64,000 bases of DNA, taken from assembly GCA_016125385.1 (NCBI GenBank), contig WGLV01000015.1, positions 2,555-66,554 of the forward strand, written 5' to 3'. This document shows positions 1 through 9,271 of this stretch, in pieces; position 1 is the first letter of the stretch, and each line of letters begins with the position of its first letter. The DNA comes from a bacterium (GTDB lineage: Bacteria; Hinthialibacterota; Hinthialibacteria; Hinthialibacterales; Hinthialibacteraceae). The notes under the pieces were generated by a model. It had not been told where the DNA came from and ran no database searches. It saw only the letters and a program-made list of their open reading frames with translations. A program made the position numbers and the translations under genes.

Positions 1-407
1 TCGTTGGTTCCGTCGCCGGCGTTGATGACGGGGATGTCGATGTGGCGCGCGAGGTGATGGGGCGCTCCCGACACGCTGTGACGGATCACGCAGCCGTCGG
101 CGCCCATCACGCGCAGGGTCTGCGCGGTGTCGACCACGCTTTCGCCTTTGACGACGCTGCTGGTTCCGGTCTGAATCTGGATGACGTCGGCGCTGAGGCG
201 GGTGGCGGCGAGTTCAAACGAGGTGGCGGTTCGGGTGCTGGGTTCGTAAAAGAGGTTGATAACGACTTTGCCGCGCAGGGTGGGGACTTTTTTCACCGTG
301 CGCGTCTGGATTTCCTTCATACCGCGCGCCGTTTCCAGGACGAGTTCGATCTCTTCCCGGCTGACGCCGCGCAGACCGAGACAGTCGCGGCTGTTCCATC
401 TGCTCAT
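1..407 (-). CDS. pyrB: Aspartate carbamoyltransferase catalytic subunit (N-terminal part; runs off the window edge)
   Basis: Absent from the ORF track. Manual translation from the ATG at 407 gives MSRWNSRDCLGL...NLFYEPSTRTATSFELA...KGESVVDT...VIRH...VINAGDGTNE, with the carbamoyl-phosphate-binding STRT motif. It lies directly downstream of pyrR. Confidence 0.93.
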   Translation of the reverse strand, partial: MSRWNSRDCLGLRGVSREEIELVLETARGMKEIQTRTVKKVPTLRGKVVINLFYEPSTRTATSFELAATRLSADVIQIQTGTSSVVKGESVVDTAQTLRVMGADGCVIRHSVSGAPHHLARHIDIPVINAGDGTN

Positions 408-487
408 GCTTCTGATGTTCTCCTGGAAGTTCGCCCGGCCTGAACGGGCCGGTCCAGTCGCCTATCCACCAAACAGCATACGCCGAT

Positions 488-1042
488 TTACGACGCTTGG
501 CTACGCTCGTTTACGATGAAAACGCCGTCGGCCTGATCGTCTTCGCGCAGGTGAACGACGATGCTCTCATCGGCGTAGGTTTTGACGGTTTCACCCACAT
601 AATCGGCCTGGATGGGCAGCTCGCGGTGACCTCGGTCGATCAGCACGAGCAACTGCACGCGGGCGGGGCGGCCCAGGTCGATCAGCGCGTTCAGCGCGGC
701 TCGCACGGTGCGGCCGGTAAAAAGCACGTCGTCGATAAGGACGATGTCCTTGCCGCTGACGTCGAAGTCGATTTCGGTGCTGCGGACGGGAGGCGCGGGC
801 GAGCCGAGGCCGATGTCGTCGCGGTACAGGCCGATGTCGAGCACGCCGACCGGCACGTTTTTACACGCCATGCCTTCGATCAGCGGGCGCAGGCGTTCGG
901 CGAGCGTGACGCCGCGGCTGCGGACGCCGACCAGGGCGAGATCGCTGTTGGCGCTGCGTTCCCATATCTGGTGCGCCATACGTTGCAGGGTGCGCTGAAT
1001 GTCGTCGGCGCTGAGTATCCGTCGTGGTGATGATGCGTTCAT
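488..1042 (-). CDS. pyrR: Bifunctional pyr operon regulator / uracil phosphoribosyltransferase
   Basis: Motifs LDIGLYRDD, VLIDDVLFTGRTVRAA and DRGHRELPIQADYVG; lies upstream of pyrB. Confidence 0.96.
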   Translation of the reverse strand: MNASSPRRILSADDIQRTLQRMAHQIWERSANSDLALVGVRSRGVTLAERLRPLIEGMACKNVPVGVLDIGLYRDDIGLGSPAPPVRSTEIDFDVSGKDIVLIDDVLFTGRTVRAALNALIDLGRPARVQLLVLIDRGHRELPIQADYVGETVKTYADESIVVHLREDDQADGVFIVNERSQAS

Positions 1043-1977
1043 GTCATTCGCCTCAGAACGTCCAGAAACGGTGCGGCTGGTTCGGCTTCAATGTACATCT
1101 CGCGCCCGGTCATGGGGTGTGAGAATCGTAACGAACGGGCGTGCAAGGCGATGCCCGGCAGTTCGGCGAAAATGCGTTCGAGTTCCCCCCGGCCTTCAAA
1201 CTTGCGCGTTGAGTAAACCGGATCGCCCGCCACCGGCGTGCCCAGGTGCTTGAAATGCACCCGGATCTGGTGAGTTCGCCCGGTCACAGGATAAACCTCC
1301 ACCCAGCTCCCGCCTAGTCCTTCTTTCATGACGCGATATCGCGTGACGGAGGGCCGGCCGTCGGGGCGGATGGTCATGCGTTTGCGGTCGGTCTCATGAC
1401 GTCCGATGGGCTGATCGATCTCACCGGTTTCGCCCGGGGGGCGGCCGTGGACGATCGCCCAGTATATTTTCTGCATCTTGCGGTCTTTGAAGCGCGCGCT
1501 GAGGCGGCGGTGTGAGACGTCGTGTTTGGCGACGATGAGCACGCCGCTGGTGACGCGGTCGAGTCGATGGACGATGCCGGGCCGGGCGACGCCGCCCACC
1601 CCCGAAAGGTTTTTAATATGATGCAGCAGCGCGTTGACCAGCGTCGGACCTTTCCATGAACCCGCCGGATGAACGCTGACTCCCCACGGCTTGTTGACGA
1701 CGGCGAGGTCGTCGTCTTCGTACAGAATTTCAAGCGGCATGGGGTCCGGTTCAAGCTGGCTGGGTTCGGGCGGCGGCGGCGTGATTTCGATCAAGTCGCC
1801 TTCCTTCACCTTTTCGCTGACTTTGAGGCAAGGGTTTTGATTGAGTAGCACGGCGCCCTCCGCGAGCAGCGCCTGAACGCGGCTGCGTGAACAATCGGGC
1901 GCGTGTTGGGCGATAAACTTGTCGATGCGTTCGCCCGCGCCGCTGGCATCGACCTGGAGTTGGATGGTTTCGTTCAT
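1039..1977 (-). CDS. rluD: RluA/RluD family 23S rRNA pseudouridine synthase
   Basis: S4-like N-terminus (RIDKFIA...SRSRVQ), catalytic HRLD in GIVHRLDRVTSG, and TGRTHQIRVH. The ORF is open to 2043, but the ATG at 1977 is the likelier start. 4-nt overlap with pyrR. Confidence 0.93.
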   Translation of the reverse strand: MNETIQLQVDASGAGERIDKFIAQHAPDCSRSRVQALLAEGAVLLNQNPCLKVSEKVKEGDLIEITPPPPEPSQLEPDPMPLEILYEDDDLAVVNKPWGVSVHPAGSWKGPTLVNALLHHIKNLSGVGGVARPGIVHRLDRVTSGVLIVAKHDVSHRRLSARFKDRKMQKIYWAIVHGRPPGETGEIDQPIGRHETDRKRMTIRPDGRPSVTRYRVMKEGLGGSWVEVYPVTGRTHQIRVHFKHLGTPVAGDPVYSTRKFEGRGELERIFAELPGIALHARSLRFSHPMTGREMYIEAEPAAPFLDVLRRMT

Positions 1978-2200
1978 GATAGGGGCTGGTTCGTTTCGCG
2001 TATTGTATCGCGAAGCGATGAAGGCGATAGCGCTTGCCGTCATATCTTTTCGCTTCCAGAGCGCCCTTCAACCTGAATGATCCATCGGCGATCGATTTTA
2101 ATGAGCGGCTCTGGATTGCAAAACGTATACCCTGATGGTAGGCTATTTGACAGACACAGTTTTACTACACCATGACCACTATCATCTGCTGGAGGAAACG

Positions 2201-3145
2201 ATGGCCAAACGCGCGATGAACGTAACCGAATTGATCGGCGATACTCCGATCGTACGAATTAATAAACTGACGGAGCCCGGTTCCGCGACGGTCTGGGCCA
2301 AGCTGGAAGCGCAAAACCCGGCGGGATGCGTGAAAGAACGCATCGGTCTTGCGATGATCGAAGCCGCTGAAAAAGCCGGTAAGCTAAAACCGGGCGGCGT
2401 GATTGTTGAACCCACCAGCGGCAATACCGGCATCGGACTTTCAATGGTGGCGGCGGTGAAGGGATACCGCTGCATTCTGGTTATGCCCGAATCGATGAGC
2501 CTTGAACGCCGCAAGATTTTGCAGGCGTTCGGCGCCGAACTGGTGCTGACCGAAGGCCCCAAAGGGATGAAAGGCGCCATCGACAAGGCGGAACAACTCG
2601 CCAAAGAACTCAACGGCGTCATGCCGCAACAGTTTAAAAACAAAGCGAACGTCGAGATCCATTACAAAACCACCGGCCCTGAAATCTGGGAACAGACCGA
2701 AGGGAAGATCGACGCATTCGTCGCCGGCGTCGGAACCGGCGGTACGGTTTCGGGCGCGGGCAAGTTTCTGAAAGAAAAGAACCCGAAGCTCAAAATCGTC
2801 GCCGTCGAACCGGAGGCCTCGGCGGTGATGTCGGGCGGAAGCCCCGCGCCGCACAAGATTCAGGGTATCGGCGCCGGATTCATCCCCGAGATCATGGATA
2901 TGTCGGTGGTCGACAAAGTCATGACGGTCTCCAACGAAAACGCCATGGAAACCGCTCGGCGCTTGTGCCGTGAAGAAGGCGTCTTCTGCGGCATTTCATG
3001 CGGCGCGGCCGCCTGGTGCGCGGTGGAACTGGCGAAGGAGCTGGGGGAGGGCAAAAACATCGTCGTCGTGTTGCCCGATACCGGCGAGCGCTATCTCAGT
3101 ACGGAACTCTACCCGTATATTGAGCCCGCCAAGCCTGAAGCCTGA
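2201..3145 (+). CDS. cysK: Cysteine synthase A
   Basis: PLP lysine in [10 protein letters not shown], plus [18 protein letters not shown] and [18 protein letters not shown] at 2191 supports the start at 2201. Confidence 0.96.
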   Translation: MAKRAMNVTELIGDTPIVRINKLTEPGSATVWAKLEAQNPAGCVKERIGLAMIEAAEKAGKLKPGGVIVEPTSGNTGIGLSMVAAVKGYRCILVMPESMSLERRKILQAFGAELVLTEGPKGMKGAIDKAEQLAKELNGVMPQQFKNKANVEIHYKTTGPEIWEQTEGKIDAFVAGVGTGGTVSGAGKFLKEKNPKLKIVAVEPEASAVMSGGSPAPHKIQGIGAGFIPEIMDMSVVDKVMTVSNENAMETARRLCREEGVFCGISCGAAAWCAVELAKELGEGKNIVVVLPDTGERYLSTELYPYIEPAKPEA

Positions 3146-3170
3146 TTCTCGGATCTGAAATCTGAAATCA

Positions 3171-3199
3171 CAAAGGCCGGTCGATTCGACCGGCCTTTG
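3171..3199. terminator. Bidirectional hairpin between convergent cysK and marR
   Basis: Perfect 13-bp stem CAAAGGCCGGTCG-ATT-CGACCGGCCTTTG. Confidence 0.7.
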
Positions 3200-3231
3200 C
3201 TGTTGGCGCCTGAAGGATGCGTGAACCGGGC

Positions 3232-3696
3232 TCACATCGAGCGGCGTACTTTTTCAAGCGCGCGGCAAAGCCGGTTGATTTCGTTTTCGCTGAAATCATT
3301 CATGATGGCGTCGATGCGCTCCAGATAGACTTTTTCGGCCTTCTCAAGCAACTCGGCGCCGGCTTTCGTCAGGCGGACGCGATTGACGCGCCGGTCTTTC
3401 GCGTCAGCGGTACGCTCCACCCAGCCCGCCTGCTCCATCCGGTCGATCAGCCCGGTTACGTTGGAGCGATTGACCAGCAGCATGTCGCCCAGCCGGGTCT
3501 GATCGCTCTCCTGATTTTCAGATTGATACTTCAACAGCATCAGCATATTGAACTGCGAATCGGTCAGTCCAAGCGGACGCAAAATGCGGTAGGCTTCTTT
3601 TTCGAGCAATTTGCCGGTATAGAGCATATTGAGAACGGCTTCATGCGATTTGCCTTCGATGGGCGTAAGAAAATGGAGTTCGTCTTGAAGGGGCAT
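3232..3696 (-). CDS. MarR family transcriptional regulator
   Basis: Winged HTH pattern LTDSQFNML...RSNVTGLIDRMEQAGWVER...DRRVNRVRLT. Confidence 0.92.
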   Translation of the reverse strand: MPLQDELHFLTPIEGKSHEAVLNMLYTGKLLEKEAYRILRPLGLTDSQFNMLMLLKYQSENQESDQTRLGDMLLVNRSNVTGLIDRMEQAGWVERTADAKDRRVNRVRLTKAGAELLEKAEKVYLERIDAIMNDFSENEINRLCRALEKVRRSM

Positions 3697-3935
3697 TTTT
3701 TTACCTGATTTGATAGATTGATGTGATGAAATGTGGTAGAATTACGGCGAACGTAACAACAGCGTCCTGTAACAGGATAGCGATTACGCTCTGAATTGTG
3801 TAGAAGTATACATTGTTTTGCAGGCTGTGGGGAACGTTTGATCCAAGGCCGCCTCTGGAACCCTCGAGATGTCTCGTTCTTCATCAGGCAACCGGCTTCG
3901 GCCGTTATTTATGAATTATTTGTGTGGATGGTTCA

Positions 3936-4613
3936 ATGGCGAATGACATTCTGATATCCAGGCGGCAGGCGGTGCGGGCGTCCAGCGTAATTGGTCCAGG
4001 AACCGAGCTGGAGGGAACGCTGCACAGCGAGGGCGACGTGCTGATCGAGGGGGCGTTCACTGGCGATCTTCACGTTCTCAATCATCTGACCATACGGGAA
4101 CCGGGTAAGGTGAGCGGCTCGATTGAGGCGGGAGAAGCCTCCATCGAGGGCCATACCCACGGGCCGATTCTGGCGAGCGAGCGCGTGATTCTGCACGCGT
4201 CCAGCCAGGTCCAGTCCGACGTCGCGGCGCCCCGCATCGTGGTTGAGCCGGGCGCCCGGGTGAAAGGGCGATTTTGCATTACGCCCGATGAAGAAGAACG
4301 CAGGCGTTTTCAGGGCAAACCGGCGTCAAAATCGGCCAGAAGCGAAGACGGCAAGCGTGACGTGCGCTTTACCGGTGAATTTTCCGGCGTCAAAACCGTC
4401 GCCCTGCTGGGTGATTTTAACGGTTGGGATGAAAAAGCGTCGATCCCGTTCCATGCCTCGGGAAACGGAACCTGGTCGTTGCGTCTGAAACTGCCTCCCG
4501 GCCGGTATGAATATCTGTTTCTCGTAGACGGCGAACCCAGGCCGGATCCGGGGAATCAGCAACGCGTAAAAAACGAGTTCGGAGGGGAGAACTCGGTGCT
4601 GGTGGTGGAATAA
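3936..4613 (+). CDS. Bactofilin (polymer-forming cytoskeletal) domain fused to a C-terminal CBM48/AMPK-beta-like glycogen-binding domain
   Basis: N-terminal beta-helix IGPGTELEGTLHSEGDVLIEGAFTG...IVVEPGARVKG. C-terminal VALLGDFNGWD...GTWSLRLKLPPGRYEYLFLVDG...NEFGGENSV. Confidence 0.85.
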   Translation: MANDILISRRQAVRASSVIGPGTELEGTLHSEGDVLIEGAFTGDLHVLNHLTIREPGKVSGSIEAGEASIEGHTHGPILASERVILHASSQVQSDVAAPRIVVEPGARVKGRFCITPDEEERRRFQGKPASKSARSEDGKRDVRFTGEFSGVKTVALLGDFNGWDEKASIPFHASGNGTWSLRLKLPPGRYEYLFLVDGEPRPDPGNQQRVKNEFGGENSVLVVE

Positions 4614-4690
4614 TACCAATCCTTATTTGATCCGAACATCGAGTATGATATCGGTACAGTACGAGCATCGTTTTGGAAAGGGGTCAGGGG

Positions 4691-5245
4691 GTGCGCACGC
4701 GGGGATTCACGTTGATTGAACTGCTGATCGTCGTCGCGATTATCGGAATACTCGCGGCGATCGCCGTACCGAATTTTCTCAACGCCCAGATCCGGGCCAA
4801 AGTCGCGCGCGTCGAGGCTGATCTGCGCGCCATGAAAACCGCGATCGAAATGTATCATGTCGACAATAACGGATACCCGCCCTCCTGTACGCTGGAAGTC
4901 GTGGGAAACGTTCAGTTCCGCGCAGGGGAGATATTCAAACCCGTCGAGTACGCCTCTGTGCCCGCCGTTGACCCGTTCAACACCGCTGAAGGCGCCCGGC
5001 CGGGTACGACCTTCGCCGCGAATGAATATTTTTACATCAATGATGACAAAGAGTGTCCCTGGACCAAAGACATTCTGATCTGGACGATTGACAACGTGCC
5101 CAACTCCCCCTCTCATGCGGCGTATTTTCTTGCCAGCCAGGGACCGGATAATCTTTCTGAAGTTCAGGTGCGAGTCGTATCGCCCATCTATAACGCCTCG
5201 AACGGATTGGTCAGCCAGGGAGATATCATCGTCTTCGGGCCGTGA
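4691..5245 (+). CDS. Type II secretion pseudopilin / type IV pilin-like protein with N-terminal methylation motif
   Basis: RGFTLIELLIVVAIIGILAAIAVP prepilin cleavage motif. GTG at 4691 follows a G-rich RBS; the ORF track starts at 4673. Confidence 0.88.
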   Translation: MRTRGFTLIELLIVVAIIGILAAIAVPNFLNAQIRAKVARVEADLRAMKTAIEMYHVDNNGYPPSCTLEVVGNVQFRAGEIFKPVEYASVPAVDPFNTAEGARPGTTFAANEYFYINDDKECPWTKDILIWTIDNVPNSPSHAAYFLASQGPDNLSEVQVRVVSPIYNASNGLVSQGDIIVFGP

Positions 5246-5479
5246 TAAGGTTGTTTCTTCTCCAAATGACTTATCTATCATTGGAAAAATATTAAAATAA
5301 GAATAATACAGTGACTATAAATCAATGATTTTCGGTTGACCTGCCCTGAATTTCGATTCGTAACCTTTTTTGTATCAGTAGAATCCATGTTCTCGCTATA
5401 TTTTGAGGCGAGAAGGGAATAATTATTGCTTTAATCTGAATCGATTAAGTCAATTTCATTATGTAGATACATAAAAATT

Positions 5480-6871
5480 ATGTTGTACGCTGCGATTGGC
5501 CTTGTCTGTATGCTGCTGGTTTTACTTTTGAGGCGCGGAGATACCCGCTCGTCCTCAATCGAAAAAAAACGTATTTCTCCAGTGGATGAAAAATTTCTCC
5601 GCCTGTTCGTCAAGCATTGCCCAGCCGCCGTCGCCATGTTTGACCGTGAGATGCGGTATGTCATGGTCAGCGACCGATGGCTCGATGATTACCGGTTGCA
5701 TGAACCCTCTATTATCGGGAAAACCCATTATGAAGTGTTCCCTGAAGTTCCCGAGCGATGGAAGGCGATTCATCAGCGCTGTCTCACTGGCGTGTCCGAG
5801 CGATGCGATGAGGATTCGTTTGAACGCGTCGATGGAACGCTCGAATGGCTGAAGTGGGAGATTCAGCCGTGGCATAATTCCAGCGGTGAGATCGGCGGCA
5901 TCATCATGTTCACCAATGTGATCACCGACCGCAAAAACATCGAAACCAGCCTCCATGAAAAAGAACAGCGGCTCAACGCGGTGGTGAACAACGTCGTGGA
6001 TGGAATTATTACACTGGATTCGTCGGGGTTCATCCTCACCGCCAATTCCAGCGCGGGGCGATTGTTTGGATGCCAACCCGCCGACCTGGTGGGGCTGCCG
6101 CTAAACTCTCTATTACTCAGACAGGATAAAAATATCAAGTCGATACTCGACTCTCGTCTGTCGAGCGGCGATGATTGCTTCGCCGATGTGTTTGAAATGT
6201 CGGCGGTTAAAGACACTGGTGTGCAGTTCCCGATAGAAATCGGTTTCAGTATGACGAATTTCAACGGCCGGACCGTGATTACCTGCATCCTGCGCGATAT
6301 CACCGAACGCAAGCGTCAGGAAGAGGAGATAAGCCGAATCGCGTATTATGATTCGCTGACCGGCTTGCCTAACCGGACGCTGTTTCAGGATCGTCTCAGC
6401 GTGGCGCTGGCCAACGCCGCGCGCAAACAGGATCAACTGGCCGTCATGTTCATCGATCTCGATGGTTTCAAACGGATCAATGACGAACTGGGACACGCCG
6501 CGGGCGATGAGGCCTTGATTGAGATTGGCCGGCGGCTGCGAGGCGCCATCCGTGATTGCGACACCGCCGCCCGTCTGGGAGGCGATGAATTCGTTGTGCT
6601 GCTGCCCGCCATTCACCACCGCGACGCCGCCGCCAGAGTGGCTCATCGGATCCATCGCTCGTTTCATGAAGCCATCGTGTTTGGAGAACAAAGTTTCTTT
6701 GTCGGTGGCAGCATCGGAATCAGCATTTTCCCACAAGATGGTCAGGATTCGGAAAAACTGGTCAAAAGCGCCGACGCCTCCATGTATCAGGCAAAGCGCT
6801 ATGGCTCAGGATTCTTCGTATATGCTTCCGATCTTTCCTCGGCGCCTGGCGCATTGGCCGAACACGTCTGA
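5480..6871 (+). CDS. Membrane-anchored PAS-PAS-GGDEF diguanylate cyclase
   Basis: N-terminal transmembrane segment and two PAS-like regions ending in DITDRK/DITERK, then YDSLTGLPNR, FIDLDGFKRIND and an intact RLGGDEF. Confidence 0.92.
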   Translation: MLYAAIGLVCMLLVLLLRRGDTRSSSIEKKRISPVDEKFLRLFVKHCPAAVAMFDREMRYVMVSDRWLDDYRLHEPSIIGKTHYEVFPEVPERWKAIHQRCLTGVSERCDEDSFERVDGTLEWLKWEIQPWHNSSGEIGGIIMFTNVITDRKNIETSLHEKEQRLNAVVNNVVDGIITLDSSGFILTANSSAGRLFGCQPADLVGLPLNSLLLRQDKNIKSILDSRLSSGDDCFADVFEMSAVKDTGVQFPIEIGFSMTNFNGRTVITCILRDITERKRQEEEISRIAYYDSLTGLPNRTLFQDRLSVALANAARKQDQLAVMFIDLDGFKRINDELGHAAGDEALIEIGRRLRGAIRDCDTAARLGGDEFVVLLPAIHHRDAAARVAHRIHRSFHEAIVFGEQSFFVGGSIGISIFPQDGQDSEKLVKSADASMYQAKRYGSGFFVYASDLSSAPGALAEHV

Positions 6872-6985
6872 ATTTGCTGCCGCTGATTCCGCTTTTTTTC
6901 TCAACCATCGCAAGCCGCTTCCCCCCACGCTTTTCCATGTGCTAATTTATGGATGCAGCGTAATACGGTATTTGGGGGGAGCATC

Positions 6986-8185
6986 ATGAGCAACGGCAAC
7001 GAAGCGCTGTACCAGCAACGTCTCGCACGGTATACCGCCGCGATGCGTAATGAAAAACCCGACCGGGTTCCTGTCAGGCCCTTCGCGGCCGAGTTCGCCG
7101 GCAAATACGCCGGCTTCACCAATCAGCAGATCACCCATGATTTTTCCAAAGCCTTTGAAGCGGTTCTGAAGTGCTGTGCCGATTTCGACTGGGACGCCGC
7201 CGTGGGCAACATGGTCTACGTCTGGACCGGGCTGACCGAGGCCGCCGGGCTGAAATATTACCTGACGCCGGGAATCAACGCTCCCGCCAACGCCTGCTTT
7301 CAATATCTGGAGCCGCCCGATGAAGCGGGCGCTCACATGAAAGAAGACGAGTACGACGCGCTGATCGCCGACCCCACCGCGTTTCTCGCCAACGTATGGA
7401 TGCCGCGCGTCTCGCGGGACGTATGCGCGCCCGGCGAACCCACCACGTTTCGCAACAATATGTCGTGGCTCAAAGGCGGTCTGGCGATGCTGGCCTACTT
7501 TCAGGGCTTTGGCGTTCAGCACGAACGCATGCGTCGCGAGTGTGGAACCGTACCGGCCATCATGGGCTGCCTGAAGGCTCCCTTCGATATCATCGCCGAT
7601 AAACTGCGCGGCTATGGTCTGCTCTGCATGGACCTGTACCGCCGTCCTGAAAAAGTAGAAGCGGCCTGTGAAGCGCTGGCCCCCCACATGATGCACTACG
7701 CGCTGGCCGGCGCCGATCCTGATAAACGGATTCCGATTTCGTTATGGCTTCATCGCGGCAGCGTACCCTTTCTCTCTCCCGCGCAGTTCGAACGATTTTA
7801 CTGGCCCACGCTCAAGGCCATTCTCCTCGAACTGCATCGCCGGGGACATCAGGTTCTCTTTTACGCGGAGGGCGACTGGAACCCGAACCTGAAATACATC
7901 GCCGAGCTGCCCGATCGCTGCATCGTCTATCACGTCGACCGGGGCGATCCGTTCGAGGTGCATCGCGCGGTGGGGCATAAATTCTGCCTGAGCGGCGGGC
8001 TGCCCAATGAATTGCTTGCGCTGGGCGAACCCGATGAAGTCAAAGCGTATTGCAAAAAACTGATCGACGGTCTCGCGCGCGACGGCGGTTATATCATGGA
8101 TGCGGGCGCCATCATGCAGGACGACCCTCGCGTTGAAAACATCCGGGCGATGACCGAATTCACCCGTGAGTACGGGACGTATTGA
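6986..8185 (+). CDS. Uroporphyrinogen decarboxylase-family (MtaA/CmuA-like) protein
   Basis: EKPDRVPV start motif, PFDIIADKLRG, FLSPAQFERFYWPTLK, and GGYIMDAG near the C-terminus. Clustered with a corrinoid protein. Confidence 0.82.
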   Translation: MSNGNEALYQQRLARYTAAMRNEKPDRVPVRPFAAEFAGKYAGFTNQQITHDFSKAFEAVLKCCADFDWDAAVGNMVYVWTGLTEAAGLKYYLTPGINAPANACFQYLEPPDEAGAHMKEDEYDALIADPTAFLANVWMPRVSRDVCAPGEPTTFRNNMSWLKGGLAMLAYFQGFGVQHERMRRECGTVPAIMGCLKAPFDIIADKLRGYGLLCMDLYRRPEKVEAACEALAPHMMHYALAGADPDKRIPISLWLHRGSVPFLSPAQFERFYWPTLKAILLELHRRGHQVLFYAEGDWNPNLKYIAELPDRCIVYHVDRGDPFEVHRAVGHKFCLSGGLPNELLALGEPDEVKAYCKKLIDGLARDGGYIMDAGAIMQDDPRVENIRAMTEFTREYGTY

Positions 8186-8195
8186 AAGGGGAGCG

Positions 8196-8369
8196 ATGAT
8201 GGATGAACAACAAGCGCCGATGCGGCCGCCGGGATGCTGCGTGCCGTGGGATGAACGCCGCGCCGAATGCGGCGAGTTGCAGGGCGATGAGGAAGTGGCC
8301 CAGCGCGTGTGGGAAGACGTCGACCAGTTGGGCTGGCTCTATATCTGGTCGTGCCTGATCGCGTTTTAA
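8196..8369 (+). CDS. Small (57 aa) hypothetical protein with a PPGCCVPW motif
   Basis: AAGGGGAG RBS before the ATG at 8196. It fills the gap between the UroD-like and corrinoid genes on the same strand. Confidence 0.72.
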   Translation: MMDEQQAPMRPPGCCVPWDERRAECGELQGDEEVAQRVWEDVDQLGWLYIWSCLIAF

Positions 8370-8416
8370 GGAGAGAAACGCCGCCTCCGCGGTGAAAGTG
8401 AAATGAGGATGCAGCC

Positions 8417-9049
8417 ATGACGAATCAACAACGGCTCACCAAAGCTATTTTGGAAATGAACGAACCCGGATCGATCGCCCTCATGCGTGAAATGCTCGAC
8501 GCGGGCGAGAGCGCCGAATCGGTGATGACCTGCTTTCAGGACGCGCTGACTGAACTGGGACGCCGGTATGAAGCCGGGGAATGTTTTATCCCCGAACTGA
8601 TGATCGGCGGCAAGATCATGGAAGAAGCGATGAGCGTTCTTCAACCGCTGATCGAGACCAGCCGTACTCTCACGCCGCCCAAAGGCTGCGTGGTGCTCGG
8701 CACGGTTCAGCACGACGTCCACCACATCGGCAAGGACATCGTCGGCATGATGCTGCGCGGCGCGGGCTATGAGGTGGTCGATCTGGGCGTCAACGTTTCG
8801 CCGGAGCGTTTCGTCGAGGCCGCGCTCAAGCACAAGCCGGTGATGGTGGGGTTGAGCGTATTGATAACCACGGCCTATGCGTCGGTCATGAAGACGGTGA
8901 AGGCGCTTGACGAGGCGAATGTGCGGAACGGATTGAAAATCGTCGTGGGGGGCGCGGCGGCGACGGACATGCTCGCCGAAAAAACCGGCTGCGACTTTTA
9001 CGGCAATTCAGCCACCGACGCCATCAACTACGTAAGAGGCGAAAACTGA
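8417..9049 (+). CDS. Corrinoid (cobalamin-binding) protein, MtaC/MttC-like
   Basis: B12 cap domain (LGRRYEAGECFIPELM), B12-binding motif DVHHIGKDIVGMMLRGAGYEVVDLG, and VVGGA. Confidence 0.9.
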   Translation: MTNQQRLTKAILEMNEPGSIALMREMLDAGESAESVMTCFQDALTELGRRYEAGECFIPELMIGGKIMEEAMSVLQPLIETSRTLTPPKGCVVLGTVQHDVHHIGKDIVGMMLRGAGYEVVDLGVNVSPERFVEAALKHKPVMVGLSVLITTAYASVMKTVKALDEANVRNGLKIVVGGAAATDMLAEKTGCDFYGNSATDAINYVRGEN

Positions 9050-9112
9050 AAAATAATCAAATCGTAATTCGTTCGAAGCGTATTTCTTAAACAACTTCTA
9101 ACTCCCGCCCGA

Positions 9113-9140
9113 TTGCTCCTTTGCGATTTGCGGGTATAAT
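9113..9140 (+). promoter_or_regulatory. Putative sigma70 promoter for typA
   Basis: TTGCTC-N16-TATAAT. Confidence 0.45.
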
Positions 9141-9271
9141 TCCCGTTCGGTCCAGCCCATCCCCCGTCTCGATGCGGGGGATTTTCATGTCAACGCACCG
9201 CGCAACCGCATGACGGAAACCACCGGCCATTGACCTTATTCAACCAGTTAGATCAGGAAATAAAAGAACTT

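Noticed and set aside
6920-6980. TCCCCCCA/TGGGGGGA pairing that could mask the RBS of the UroD-like gene (riboswitch-like)
   Set aside because: No cobalamin-riboswitch core motifs and the spacer is short. A probable extended -10 (TGC-TAATTT near 6941-6949) would leave the C-run outside the transcript.
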